NCBI GenBank assembly: GCA_964057225.1
Contig: OZ059895.1
Span: 2,852,001-2,916,000, forward strand
Direction: 5' to 3'
Source of the DNA: Auanema rhodensis
Lineage: Eukaryota; Animalia; Nematoda
DNA length: 64,000 bases
Position numbers and translations under genes: made by a program. Position 1 is the first letter of the stretch. Every line of letters starts with the position of its first letter. The notes beneath the pieces were generated by a model. It saw only the letters and a list, made by a program, of their open reading frames with translations. It searched no databases and was not told the origin of the DNA. Below, piece by piece: positions 25,507-40,369 of this stretch.

Positions 25507-27396
25507 GTACACCCATAAATTATACGCAGCACAGGTTACCCTTGAATAATGAACTGACCGACTAATCAGACATGGATCTTTCCTAGTTCTGTTGCTTGAA
25601 TGGATGTTTTCCTATGTAGGCTAGTAAAACATGCCCTTCAAAGCATCAGAACATGTGATCACATTCCAATTTTTTTGTATCTATCTTGTAAAGATAGTAA
25701 TAAACTTTGATTTTTGTACACCCATAAATTATACGCAGCACAGGTTACCCTTAAATAATGAACTGACCGACTAATCAGACTTGGATCTTTCCAAGTTCTG
25801 TTGCTTGAACGGATGTTTTCCTACGTAGGCTAGTAAAACATGCCCTTCAAAGCATCAGAACATGTGATCACATTTCAATTTTTTTGTATCTATCTTGTAA
25901 AGATAGTAATATATCATATGTTAAACACTATGTTGGAAAGATTTTAATTCAGATTTTTTCAACTTTCACTCAGTTTGTTTTCTAAACTTTGATTAAGAAC
26001 CTTGTTGTTTGTACACCCATAAAATATACGCAGCACAGGTTACCCTTAAATAATGAACTGACCGTCTAATCAGACATGGATCTTCCCAAGTTCTGTTGCT
26101 TGAATGGATGTTTTCCTACGTAGGCTAGTAAAACATGCCCTTCAAAGCATCAGAACATGTGATCACATTCCAATTTTTTTGTATCTATCTTGTAAAGATA
26201 GTAATATATCATATGTTGAACACTATGTTGGAAAGATTTTAATTCAGATTTTCTAACTTTTATTCAGTTTGTTTTTTAAACTTTGATTAAGAACTTTGAT
26301 TTTTGTACACCCATAAATTATACGCAGCACAGGTTACCCTTAAATAATGAACTGACCGACTAATCAGACATGGATCTTTCCTAGTTCTGTTGCTTGAATG
26401 GATGTTTTCCTACGTAGGCTAGTAAAACATGCCCTTCAAAGCATCAGAACATGTGATCACATTCCAATATTTTTGTATCTATCTTGTAAAGATAGTAATA
26501 TATCATATGTTGAACACTATGTTGGAAAGATTTTAATTCAGATTTTCTAACTTTTATTCAGTTTGTTTTTTAAATTTTGATTAAGAACTTTGATTTTTGT
26601 ACACCCATAAATTATACGCAGCACAGGTTACCCTTGAATAATGAACTGACCGACTAATCAGACATGGATCTTTCCTAGTTCTGTTGCTTGAATGGATGTT
26701 TTCCTATGTAGGCTAGTAAAACATGCCCTTCAAAGCATCAGAACATGTGATCACATTCCAATTTTTTTGTATCTATCTTGTAAAGATAGTAATAAACTTT
26801 GATTTTTGTACACCCATAAATTATACGCAGCACAGGTTACCCTTAAATAATGAACTGACCGACTAATCAGACATGGATCTTTCCAAGTTCTGTTGCTTGA
26901 ACGGATGTTTTCCTACGTAGGCTAGTAAAACATGCCCTTCAAAGCATCAGAACATGTGATCACATTTCAATTTTTTTGTATCTATCTTGTAAAGATAGTA
27001 ATATATCATATGTTAAACACTATGTTGGAAAGATTTTAATTCAGATTTTTTCAACTTTCACTCAGTTTGTTTTCTAAACTTTGATTAAGAACCTTGTTGT
27101 TTGTACACCCATAAAATATACGCAGCACAGGTTACCCTTAAATAATGAACTGACCGTCTAATCAGACATGGATCTTCCCAAGTTCTGTTGCTTGAATGGA
27201 TGTTTTCCTACGTAGGCTAGTAAAACATGCCCTTCAAAGCATCAGAACATGTGATCACATTCCAATTTTTTTGTATCTATCTTGTAAAGATAGTAATATA
27301 TCATATGTTGAACACTATGTTGGAAAGATTTTAATTCAGATTTTCTAACTTTTATTCAGTTTGTTTTTTAAACTTTGATTAAGAACTTTGATTTTT
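25507..27396 (+). repeat. 1092-bp 4-mer periodicity marked by GTTAAACAC
   Basis: S units at 25507/26599; marker at ~25922/27014, with further copies at ~27.8 and ~28.9 kb. Confidence 0.82.
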
Positions 27397-29288
27397 GTAC
27401 ACCCATAAATTATACGCAGCACAGGTTACCCTTAAATAATGAACTGACCGACTAATCAGACATGGATCTTTCCTAGTTCTGTTGCTTGAATGGATGTTTT
27501 CCTATGTAGGCTAGTAAAACATGCCCTTCAAAGCATCAGAACATGTGATCACATTCCAATTTTTTTGAAATCTATCTTGTAAAGATAGTAATAAACTTTG
27601 ATTTTTGTACACCCATAAATTATACGCAGCACAGGTTACCCTTAAATAATGAACTGACCGACTAATCAGACATGGATCTTTCCAAGTTTTGTTGCTTGAA
27701 TGGATGTTTTCCTACGTAGGCTAGTAAAACATGCTCTTCAAAGCATCAGAACATGTGACCACATTCCAATTTTTTTGTATCTATCTTGTAAAGATAGTAA
27801 TATATCATATGTTAAACACTATGTTGGAAAGATTTTAATTCAGATTTTTTCAACTTTCACTCAGTTTGTTTTCTAAACTTTGATTAAGAACCTTGTTGTT
27901 TGTACACCCATAAAATATACGCAGCACAGGTTACCCTTAAATAATGAACTGACCGTCTAATCAGACATGGATCTTCCCAAGTTCTGTTGCTTGAATGGAT
28001 GTTTTCCTACGTAGGCTAGTAAAACATGCCCTTCAAAGCATCAGAACATGTGATCACATTCCAATTTTTTTGTATCTATCTTGTAAAGATAGTAATATAT
28101 CATATGTTGAACACTATGTTGGAAAGATTTTAATTCAGATTTTCTAACTTTTATTCAGTTTGTTTTTTAAACTTTGATTAAGAACTTTGATTTTTGTACA
28201 CCCATAAATTATACGCAGCACAGGTTACCCTTAAATAATGAACTGACCGACTAATCAGACATGGATCTTTCCTAGTTCTGTTGCTTGAATGGATGTTTTC
28301 CTACGTAGGCTAGTAAAACATGCCCTTCAAAGCATCAGAACATGTGATCACATTCCAATTTTTTTGAAATCTATCTTGTAAAGATAGTAATATATCATAT
28401 GTTGAACACTATGTTGGAAAGATTTTAATTCAGATTTTCTAACTTTTATTCAGTTTGTTTTTTAAATTTTGATTAAGAACTTTGATTTTTGTACACCCAT
28501 AAATTATACGCAGCACAGGTTACCCTTGAATAATGAACTGACCGACTAATCAGACATGGATCTTTCCTAGTTCTGTTGCTTGAATGGATGTTTTCCTATG
28601 TAGGCTAGTAAAACATGCCCTTCAAAGCATCAGAACATGTGATCACATTCCAATTTTTTTGTATCTATCTTGTAAAGATAGTAATAAACTTTGATTTTTG
28701 TACACCCATAAATTATACGCAGCACAGGTTACCCTTAAATAATGAACTGACCGACTAATCAGACATGGATCTTTCCAAGTTCTGTTGCTTGAACGGATGT
28801 TTTCCTACGTAGGCTAGTAAAACATGCCCTTCAAAGCATCAGAACATGTGATCACATTTCAATTTTTTTGTATCTATCTTGTAAAGATAGTAATATATCA
28901 TATGTTAAACACTATGTTGGAAAGATTTTAATTCAGATTTTTTCAACTTTCACTCAGTTTGTTTTCTAAACTTTGATTAAGAACCTTGTTGTTTGTACAC
29001 CCATAAAATATACGCAGCACAGGTTACCCTTAAATAATGAACTGACCGTCTAATCAGACATGGATCTTCCCAAGTTCTGTTGCTTGAATGGATGTTTTCC
29101 TACGTAGGCTAGTAAAACATGCCCTTCAAAGCATCAGAACATGTGATCACATTCCAATTTTTTTGTATCTATCTTGTAAAGATAGTAATATATCATATGT
29201 TGAACACTATGTTGGAAAGATTTTAATTCAGATTTTCTAACTTTTATTCAGTTTGTTTTTTAAACTTTGATTAAGAACTTTGATTTTT

Positions 29289-31594
29289 GTACACCCATAA
29301 ATTATACGCAGCACAGGTTACCCTTAAATAATGAACTGACCGACTAATCAGACATGGATCTTTCCTAGTTCTGTTGCTTGAATGGATGTTTTCCTACGTA
29401 GGCTAGTAAAACATGCCCTTCAAAGCATCAGAACATGTGATCACATTCCAATTTTTTTGAAATCTATCTTGTAAAGATAGTAATAAACTTTGATTTTTGT
29501 ACACCCATAAATTATACGCAGCACAGGTTACCCTTAAATAATGAACTGACCGACTAATCAGACATGGATCTTTCCAAGTTTTGTTGCTTGAATGGATGTT
29601 CTCCTACGTAGGCTAGTAAAACATGCTCTTCAAAGCATCAGAACATGTGACCACATTCCAATTTTTTTGTATCTATCTTGTAAAGATAGTAATATATCAT
29701 ATGTTGAACACTATGTTGGAAAGATTTTAATTCAGATTTTCTAACTTTTATTCAGTTTGTTTTTTAAACTTTGATAAGAACTTTGATTTTTGTACACCCA
29801 TAAATTATACGCAGCACAGGTTACCCTTAAATAATGAACTGACCGACTAATCAGACATGGATCTTTCCTAGTTCTGTTGCTTGAATGGATGTTTTCCTAC
29901 GTAGGCTAGTAAAAGATGCCCTTCAAAGCATCAGAACATGTGATCACATTCCAATATTTTTGTATCTATCTTGTAAAGATAGTAATATATCATATGTTGA
30001 ACACTATGTTGGAAAGATTTTAATTCAGATTTTCTAACTTTTATTCAGTTTGTTTTTTAAATTTTGATTCAGAACTTTGATTTTTGTACACCCATAAATT
30101 ATACGCAGCACAGGTTACCCTTGAATAATGAACTGACCGACTAATCAGACATGGATCTTTCCTAGTTCTGTTGCTTGAATGGATGTTTTCCTACGTAGGC
30201 TAGTAAAACATGCCCTTCAAAGCATCAGAACATGTGATCACATTCCAATTTTTTTGTATCTATCTTGTAAAGATAGTAATAAACTTTGATTTTTGTACAC
30301 CCATAAATTATACGCAGCACAGGTTATCCTTAAATAATGAACTGACCGACTAATCAGACATGGATCTTTCCAAGTTCTGTTGCTTGAACGGATGTTTTCC
30401 TACGTAGGCTAGTAAAACATGCCCTTCAAAGCATCAGAACATGTGATCACATTCCAATATTTTTGTATCTATCTTGTAAAGATAGTAATATATCATATGT
30501 TGAACACTATGTTGGAAAGATTTTAATTCAGATTTTCTAACTTTTATTCAGTTTGTTTTTTAAACTTTGATTAAGAACTTTGATTTTTGTACACCCATAA
30601 ATTATACGCAGCACAGGTTACCCTTAAATAATGAACTGACCGACTAATCAGACATGGATCTTTCCTAGTTCTGTTGCTTGAATGGATGTTTTCCTACGTA
30701 GGCTAGTAAAACATGCCCTTCAAAGCATCAGAACATGTGATCACATTCCAGTTTTTTTGAAATCTATCTTGTAAAGATAGTAATAAACTTTGATTTTTGT
30801 ACACCCATAAATTATACGCAGCACAGGTTACCCTTAAATAATGAACTGACCGACTAATCAGACATGGATCTTTCCAAGTTTTGTTGCTTGAATGGATGTT
30901 TTCCTACGTAGGCTAGTAAAACATGCCCTTCAAAGCATCAGAACATGTGACCACATTCCAATTTTTTTGTATCTATCTTGTAAAGATAGTAATATATCAT
31001 ATGTTGAACACTATGTTGGAAAGATTTTAATTCAGATTTTCTAACTTTTATTCAGTTTGTTTTTTAAACTTTGATAAGAACTTTGATTTTTGTACACCCA
31101 TAAATTATACGCAGCACAGGTTACCCTTAAATAATGAACTGACCGACTAATCAGACATGGATCTTTCCTAGTTCTGTTGCTTGAATGGATGTTTTCCTAC
31201 GTAGGCTAGTAAAAGATGCCCTTCAAAGCATCAGAACATGTGATCACATTCCAATATTTTTGTATCTATCTTGTAAAGATAGTAATATATCATATGTTGA
31301 ACACTATGTTGGAAAGATTTTAATTCAGATTTTCTAACTTTTATTCAGTTTGTTTTTTAAATTTTGATTCAGAACTTTGATTTTTGTACACCCATAAATT
31401 ATACGCAGCACAGGTTACCCTTGAATAATGAACTGACCGACTAATCAGACATGGATCTTTCCTAGTTCTGTTGCTTGAATGGATGTTTTCCTACGTAGGC
31501 TAGTAAAACATGCCCTTCAAAGCATCAGAACATGTGATCACATTCCAATTTTTTTGTATCTATCTTGTAAAGATAGTAATAAACTTTGATTTTT
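29289..31594 (+). repeat. 1300-bp 5-mer periodicity
   Basis: S' at 29289/30589 and S at 30086/31386, with shared GATAAG (1-bp deletion), AAAAGATG and GATTCAGAAC markers. Confidence 0.85.
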
Positions 31595-34500
31595 GTACAC
31601 CCATAAATTATACGCAGCACAGGTTACCCTTAAATAATGAACTGACCGACTAATCAGACATGGATCTTTCCAAGTTCTGTTGCTTGAACGGATGTTTTCC
31701 TACGTAGGCTAGTAAAACATGCCCTTCAAAGCATCAGAACATGTGATCACATTTCAATTTTTTTGTATCTATCTTGTAAAGATAGTAATATATCATATGT
31801 TGAACACTATGTTGGAAAGATTTTAATTCAGATTTTTTCAACTTTCACTCAGTTTGTTTTCTAAACTTTGATTAAGAACCTTGTTGTTTGTACACCCATA
31901 AAATATACGCAGCACAGGTTACCCTTAAATAATGAACTGACCGACTAATCAGACATGGATCTTTCCTAGTTCTGTTGCTTGAATGGATGTTTTCCTACGT
32001 AGGCTAGTAAAACATGCCCTTCAAAGCATCAGAACATGTGATCACATTCCAATTTTTTTGTATCTATCTTGTAAAGATAGTAATATATCATATGTTGAAC
32101 ACTATGTTGGAAAGATTTTAATTCAGATTTTCTAACTTTTATTCAGTTTGTTTTTTAAACTTTGATTAAGAACTTTGATTTTTGTACACCCATAAATTAT
32201 ACGCAGCACAGGTTACCCTTAAATAATGAACTGACCGACTAATCAGACATGGATCTTTCCTAGTTCTGTTGCTTGAATGGATGTTTTCCTACGTAGGCTA
32301 GTAAAACATGCCCTTCAAAGCATCAGAACATGTGATCACATTCCAAATTTTTCGAAATCTATCTTGTAAAGATAGTAATAAACTTTGATTTTTGTACACC
32401 CATAAATTATACGCAGCACAGGTTACCTATAAATAATGAACTGACCGACTAATCAGACATGGATCTTTCCAAGTTTTGTTGCTTGAATGGATGTTTTCCT
32501 ACGTAGGCTAGTAAAACATGCCCTTCAAAGCATCAGAACATGTGACCACATTCCAATTTTTTTGTATCTATCTTGTAAAGATAGTAATATATCATATGTT
32601 GAACACTATGTTGGAAAGATTTTAATTCAGATTTTCTAACTTTTATTCAGTTTGTTTTTTAAACTTTGATTAAGAACTTTGATTTTTGTACACCCATAAA
32701 TTGTACGCAGCACAGGTTACCCTTAAATAATGAACTGACCGACTAATCAGACATGGATCTTTCCTAGTTCTGTTGCTTGAATGGATGTTTTCCTACGTAG
32801 GCTAGTAAAACATGCCCTTCAAAGCATCAGAACATGTGATCACATTCCAATATTTTTGTATCTATTTTGTAAAGATAGTAATATATCATATGTTGAACAC
32901 TATGTTGGAAAGATTTTAATTCAGATTTTCTAACTTTTATTCAGTTTGTTTTTTAAATTTTGATTAAGAACTTTGATTTTTGTACACCCATAAATTATAC
33001 GCAGCACAGGTTACCCTTAAATAATGAACTGACCGACTAATCAGACATGGATCTTTCCAAGTTCTGTTGCTTGAACGGATGTTTTCCTACGTAGGCTAGT
33101 AAAACATGCACTTCAAAGCATCAGAACATGTGATCACATTTCAATTTTTTTGTATCTATCTTGTAAAGATAGTAATATATCATATGTTGAACACTATGTT
33201 GGAAAGATTTTAATTCAGATTTTCTAACTTTTATTCAGTTTGTTTTTTAAATTTTGATTAAGAACTTTGATTTTTGTACACCCATAAATTATACGCAGCA
33301 CAGGTTACCCTTAAATAATGAACTGACCGACTAATCAGACATGGATCTTTCCAAGTTCTGTTGCTTGAACGGATGTTTTCCTACGTAGGCTAGTAAAACA
33401 TGCACTTCAAAGCATCAGAACATGTGATCACATTCCAATTTTTTTGAAATCTATCTTGTAAAGATAGTAATAAACTTTGATTTTTGTACACCCATAAATT
33501 ATACGCAGCACAGGTTACCCTTAAATAATGAACTGACCGACTAATCAGACATGGATCTTTCCAAGTTCTGTTGCTTGAACGGATGTTTTCCTACGTAGGC
33601 TAGTAAAACATGCCCTTCAAAGCATCAGAACATGTGATCACATTTCAATTTTTTTGTATCTATCTTGTAAAGATAGTAATATATCATATGTTGAACACTA
33701 TGTTGGAAAGATTTTAATTCAGATTTTCTAACTTTTATTCAGTTTGTTTTTTAAACTTTGATTAAGAACTTTGATTTTTGTACACCCATAAATTGTACGC
33801 AGCACAGGTTACCCTTAAATAATAAACTGACCGACTAATCAGACATGGATCTTTCCTAGTTCTGTTGCTTGAATGGATGTTTTCCTACGTAGGCTAGTAA
33901 AACATGCCCTTCAAAGCATCAGAACATGTGATCACATTCCAATATTTTTGTATCTATCTTGTAAAGATAGTAATATATCATATGTTGAACACTATGTTGG
34001 AAAGATTTTAATTCAGATTTTCTAACTTTTATTCAGTTTGTTTTTTAAACTTTGATTAAGAACTTTGATTTTTGTACACCCATAAATTATACGCAGCACA
34101 GGTTACCCTTAAATAATGAACTGACCGACTAATCAGACATGGATCTTTCCTAGTTCTGTTGCTTGAATGGATGTTTTCCTACGTAGGCTAGTAAAACATG
34201 CCCTTCAAAGCATCAGAACATGTGATCACATTCCAATTTTTTTGAAATCTATCTTGTAAAGATAGTAATAAACTTTGATTTTTGTACACCCATAAATTAT
34301 ACGCAGCACAGGTTACCCTTAAATAATGAACTGACCGACTAATCAGACATGGATCTTTCCAAGTTTTGTTGCTTGAATGGATGTTTTCCTACGTAGGCTA
34401 GTAAAACATGCCCTTCAAAGCATCAGAACATGTGACCACATTCCAATTTTTTTGTATCTATCTTGTAAAGATAGTAATATATCATATGTTGAACACTATG

Positions 34501-37500
34501 TTGGAAAGATTTTAATTCAGATTTTCTAACTTTTATTCAGTTTGTTTTTTAAACTTTGATAAGAACTTTGATTTTTGTACACCCATAAATTATACGCAGC
34601 ACAGGTTACCCTTAAATAATGAACTGACCGACTAATCAGACATGGATCTTTCCTAGTTCTGTTGCTTGAATGGATGTTTTCCTACGTAGGCTAGTAAAAG
34701 ATGCCCTTCAAAGCATCAGAACATGTGATCACATTCCAATATTTTTGTATCTATCTTGTAAAGATAGTAATATATCATATGTTGAACACTATGTTGGAAA
34801 GATTTTAATTCAGATTTTCTAACTTTTATTCAGTTTGTTTTTTAAACTTTGATAAGAACTTTGATTTTTGTACACCCATAAATTATACGCAGCACAGGTT
34901 ACCCTTAAATAATGAACTGACCGACTAATCAGACATGGATCTTTCCTAGTTCTGTTGCTTGAATGGATGTTTTCCTACGTAGGCTAGTAAAAGATGCCCT
35001 TCAAAGCATCAGAACATGTGATCACATTCCAATATTTTTGTATCTATCTTGTAAAGATAGTAATATATCATATGTTGAACACTATGTTGGAAAGATTTTA
35101 ATTCAGATTTTCTAACTTTTATTCAGTTTGTTTTTTAAATTTTGATTCAGAACTTTGATTTTTGTACACCCATAAATTATACGCAGCACAGGTTACCCTT
35201 GAATAATGAACTGACCGACTAATCAGACATGGATCTTTCCTAGTTCTGTTGCTTGAATGGATGTTTTCCTACGTAGGCTAGTAAAACATGCCCTTCAAAG
35301 CATCAGAACATGTGATCACATTCCAATTTTTTTGTATCTATCTTGTAAAGATAGTAATAAACTTTGATTTTTGTACACCCATAAATTATACGCAGCACAG
35401 GTTACCCTTAAATAATGAACTGACCGACTAATCAGACATGGATCTTTCCAAGTTCTGTTGCTTGAACGGATGTTTTCCTACGTAGGCTAGTAAAACATGC
35501 CCTTCAAAGCATCAGAACATGTGATCACATTTCAATTTTTTTGTATCTATCTTGTAAAGATAGTAATATATCATATGTTGAACACTATGTTGGAAAGATT
35601 TTAATTCAGATTTTTTCAACTTTCACTCAGTTTGTTTTCTAAACTTTGATTAAGAACCTTGTTGTTTGTACACCCATAAAATATACGCAGCACAGGTTAC
35701 CCTTAAATAATGAACTGACCGACTAATCAGACATGGATCTTTCCTAGTTCTGTTGCTTGAATGGATGTTTTCCTACGTAGGCTAGTAAAACATGCCCTTC
35801 AAAGCATCAGAACATGTGATCACATTCCAATTTTTTTGTATCTATCTTGTAAAGATAGTAATATATCATATGTTGAACACTATGTTGGAAAGATTTTAAT
35901 TCAGATTTTCTAACTTTTATTCAGTTTGTTTTTTAAACTTTGATTAAGAACTTTGATTTTTGTACACCCATAAATTATACGCAGCACAGGTTACCCTTAA
36001 ATAATGAACTGACCGACTAATCAGACATGGATCTTTCCTAGTTCTGTTGCTTGAATGGATGTTTTCCTACGTAGGCTAGTAAAACATGCCCTTCAAAGCA
36101 TCAGAACATGTGATCACATTCCAATTTTTTTGAAATCTATCTTGTAAAGATAGTAATAAACTTTGATTTTTGTACACCCATAAATTATACGCAGCACAGG
36201 TTACCTATAAATAATGAACTGACCGACTAATCAGACATGGATCTTTCCAAGTTTTGTTGCTTGAATGGATGTTTTCCTACGTAGGCTAGTAAAACATGCC
36301 CTTCAAAGCATCAGAACATGTGACCACATTCCAATTTTTTTGTATCTATCTTGTAAAGATAGTAATATATCATATGTTGAACACTATGTTGGAAAGATTT
36401 TAATTCAGATTTTCTAACTTTTATTCAGTTTGTTTTTTAAACTTTGATTAAGAACTTTGATTTTTGTACACCCATAAATTGTACGCAGCACAGGTTACCC
36501 TTAAATAATGAACTGACCGACTAATCAGACATGGATCTTTCCTAGTTCTGTTGCTTGAATGGATGTTTTCCTACGTAGGCTAGTAAAACATGCCCTTCAA
36601 AGCATCAGAACATGTGATCACATTTCAATTTTTTTGTATCTATCTTGTAAAGATAGTAATATATCATATGTTGAACACTATGTTGGAAAGATTTTAATTC
36701 AGATTTTCTAACTTTTATTCAGTTTGTTTTTTAAATTTTGATTAAGAACTTTGATTTTTGTACACCCATAAATTATACGCAGCACAGGTTACCCTTAAAT
36801 AATGAACTGACCGACTAATCAGACATGGATCTTTCCAAGTTCTGTTGCTTGAACGGATGTTTTCCTACGTAGGCTAGTAAAACATGCACTTCAAAGCATC
36901 AGAACATGTGATCACATTCCAATTTTTTTGAAATCTATCTTGTAAAGATAGTAATAAACTTTGATTTTTGTACACCCATAAATTATACGCAGCACAGGTT
37001 ACCCTTAAATAATGAACTGACCGACTAATCAGACATGGATCTTTCCAAGTTCTGTTGCTTGAACGGATGTTTTCCTACGTAGGCTAGTAAAACATGCCCT
37101 TCAAAGCATCAGAACATGTGATCACATTTCAATTTTTTTGTATCTATCTTGTAAAGATAGTAATATATCATATGTTGAACACTATGTTGGAAAGATTTTA
37201 ATTCAGATTTTCTAACTTTTATTCAGTTTGTTTTTTAAACTTTGATTAAGAACTTTGATTTTTGTACACCCATAAATTGTACGCAGCACAGGTTACCCTT
37301 AAATAATAAACTGACCGACTAATCAGACATGGATCTTTCCTAGTTCTGTTGCTTGAATGGATGTTTTCCTACGTAGGCTAGTAAAACATGCCCTTCAAAG
37401 CATCAGAACATGTGATCACATTCCAATATTTTTGTATCTATCTTGTAAAGATAGTAATATATCATATGTTGAACACTATGTTGGAAAGATTTTAATTCAG

Positions 37501-38354
37501 ATTTTCTAACTTTTATTCAGTTTGTTTTTTAAACTTTGATTAAGAACTTTGATTTTTGTACACCCATAAATTATACGCAGCACAGGTTACCCTTAAATAA
37601 TGAACTGACCGACTAATCAGACATGGATCTTTCCTAGTTCTGTTGCTTGAATGGATGTTTTCCTACGTAGGCTAGTAAAACATGCCCTTCAAAGCATCAG
37701 AACATGTGATCACATTCCAATTTTTTTGAAATCTATCTTGTAAAGATAGTAATAAACTTTGATTTTTGTACACCCATAAATTATACGCAGCACAGGTTAC
37801 CCTTAAATAATGAACTGACCGACTAATCAGACATGGATCTTTCCAAGTTTTGTTGCTTGAATGGATGTTTTCCTACGTAGGCTAGTAAAACATGCCCTTC
37901 AAAGCATCAGAACATGTGACCACATTCCAATTTTTTTGTATCTATCTTGTAAAGATAGTAATATATCATATGTTGAACACTATGTTGGAAAGATTTTAAT
38001 TCAGATTTTCTAACTTTTATTCAGTTTGTTTTTTAAACTTTGATAAGAACTTTGATTTTTGTACACCCATAAATTATACGCAGCACAGGTTACCCTTAAA
38101 TAATGAACTGACCGACTAATCAGACATGGATCTTTCCTAGTTCTGTTGCTTGAATGGATGTTTTTATACGTAGGCTAGTAAAAGATGCCCTTCAAAGCAT
38201 CAGAACATGTGATCACATTCCAATATTTTTGTATCTATCTTGTAAAGATAGTAATATATCATATGTTGAACACTATGTTGGAAAGATTTTAATTCAGATT
38301 TTCTAACTTTTATTCAGTTTGTTTTTTAAATTTTGATTCAGAACTTTGATTTTT
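31386..38354 (+). repeat. Degenerate duplication: 14-mer (3778 bp) followed by related 12-mer (3191 bp)
   Basis: Same marker order (CCTATA, ATTGTACG, GCACTT, AATAAACTG, GATAAG, AAAAGATG). Lengths differ by 587 bp, equal to two whole monomers. Confidence 0.8.
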
Positions 38355-40369
38355 GTACACCCATAAATTATACGCAGCACAGGTTACCCTTGAATAATGA
38401 ACTGACCGACTAATCAGACATGGATCTTTCCTAGTTCTGTTGCTTGAATGGATGTTTTCCTACGTAGGCTAGTAAAACATGCCCTTCAAAGCATCAGAAC
38501 ATGTGATCACATTCCAATTTTTTTGTATCTATCTTGTAAAGATAGTAATAAACTTTGATTTTTGTACACCCATAAATTATACGCAGCACAGGTTACCCTT
38601 AAATAATGAACTGACCGACTAATCAGACATGGATCTTTCCAAGTTCTGTTGCTTGAACGGATGTTTTCCTACGTAGGCTAGTAAAACATGCCCTTCAAAG
38701 CATCAGAACATGTGATCACATTCCAGTTTTTTTGAAATCTATCTTGTAAAGATAGTAATAAACTTTGATTTTTGTACACCCATAAATTATACGCAGCACA
38801 GGTTACCCTTAAATAATGAACTGACCGACTAATCAGACATGGATCTTTCCTAGTTCTGTTGCTTGAATGGATGTTTTCCTACGTAGGCTAGTAAAACATG
38901 CCCTTCAAAGCATCAGAACATGTGATCACATTCCAATTTTTTTGTATCTATCTTGTAAAGATAGTAATATATCATATGTTGAACACTATGTTGGAAAGAT
39001 TTTAATTCAGATTTACGAACTTTTATTCAGTTTGTTTTTTAAACTTTGATTAAGAACTTTGATTTTTGTACACCCATAAATTATACGCAGCACAGGTTAC
39101 CCTTAAATAATGAACTGACCGACTAATCAGACATGGATCTTTCCAAGTTCTGTTGCTTGAACGGATGTTTTCCTACGTAGGCTAGTAAAAGATGCCCTTC
39201 AAAGCATCAGAACATGTGATCACATTCCAATATTTTTGTATCTATCTTGTAAAGATAGTAATATATCATATGTTGAACACTATGTTGGAAAGATTTTAAT
39301 TCAGATTTTCTAACTTTTATTCAGTTTGTTTTTTAAATTTTGATTCAGAACTTTGATTTTTGTACACCCATAAATTATACGCAGCACAGGTTACCCTTGA
39401 ATAATGAACTGACCGACTAATCAGACATGGATCTTTCCTAGTTCTGTTGCTTGAATGGATGTTTTTCTACGTAGGCTAGTAAAACATGCCCTTCAAAGCA
39501 TCAGAACATGTGATCACATTCCAATTTTTTTGTATCTATCTTGTAAAGATAGTAATAAACTTTGATTTTTGTACACCCATAAATTATACGCAGCACAGGT
39601 TACCCTTAAATAATGAACTGACCGACTAATCAGACATGGATCTTTCCAAGTTCTGTTGCTTGAACGGATGTTTTCCTACGTAGGCTAGTAAAACATGCCC
39701 TTCAAAGCATCAGAACATGTGATCACATTTCAATTTTTTTGTATCTATCTTGTAAAGATAGTAATATATCATATGTTGAACACTATGTTGGAAAGATTTT
39801 AATTCAGATTTTTTCAACTTTCACTCAGTTTGTTTTCTAAACTTTGATTAAGAACCTTGTTGTTTGTACACCCATAAAATATACGCAGCACAGGTTACCC
39901 TTAAATAATGAACTGACCGACTAATCAGACATGGATCTTTCCTAGTTCTGTTGCTTGAATGGATGTTTTCCTACGTAGGCTAGTAAAACATGCCCTTCAA
40001 AGCATCAGAACATGTGATCACATTCCAATTTTTTTGTATCTATCTTGTAAAGATAGTAATATATCATATGTTGAACACTATGTTGGAAAGATTTTAATTC
40101 AGATTTTCTAACTTTTATTCAGTTTGTTTTTTAAACTTTGATTAAGAACTTTGATTTTTGTACACCCATAAATTATACGCAGCACAGGTTACCCTTAAAT
40201 AATGAACTGACCGACTAATCAGACATGGATCTTTCCTAGTTCTGTTGCTTGAATGGATGTTTTCCTACGTAGGCTAGTAAAACATGCCCTTCAAAGCATC
40301 AGAACATGTGATCACATTCCAATTTTTTTGAAATCTATCTTGTAAAGATAGTAATAAACTTTGATTTTT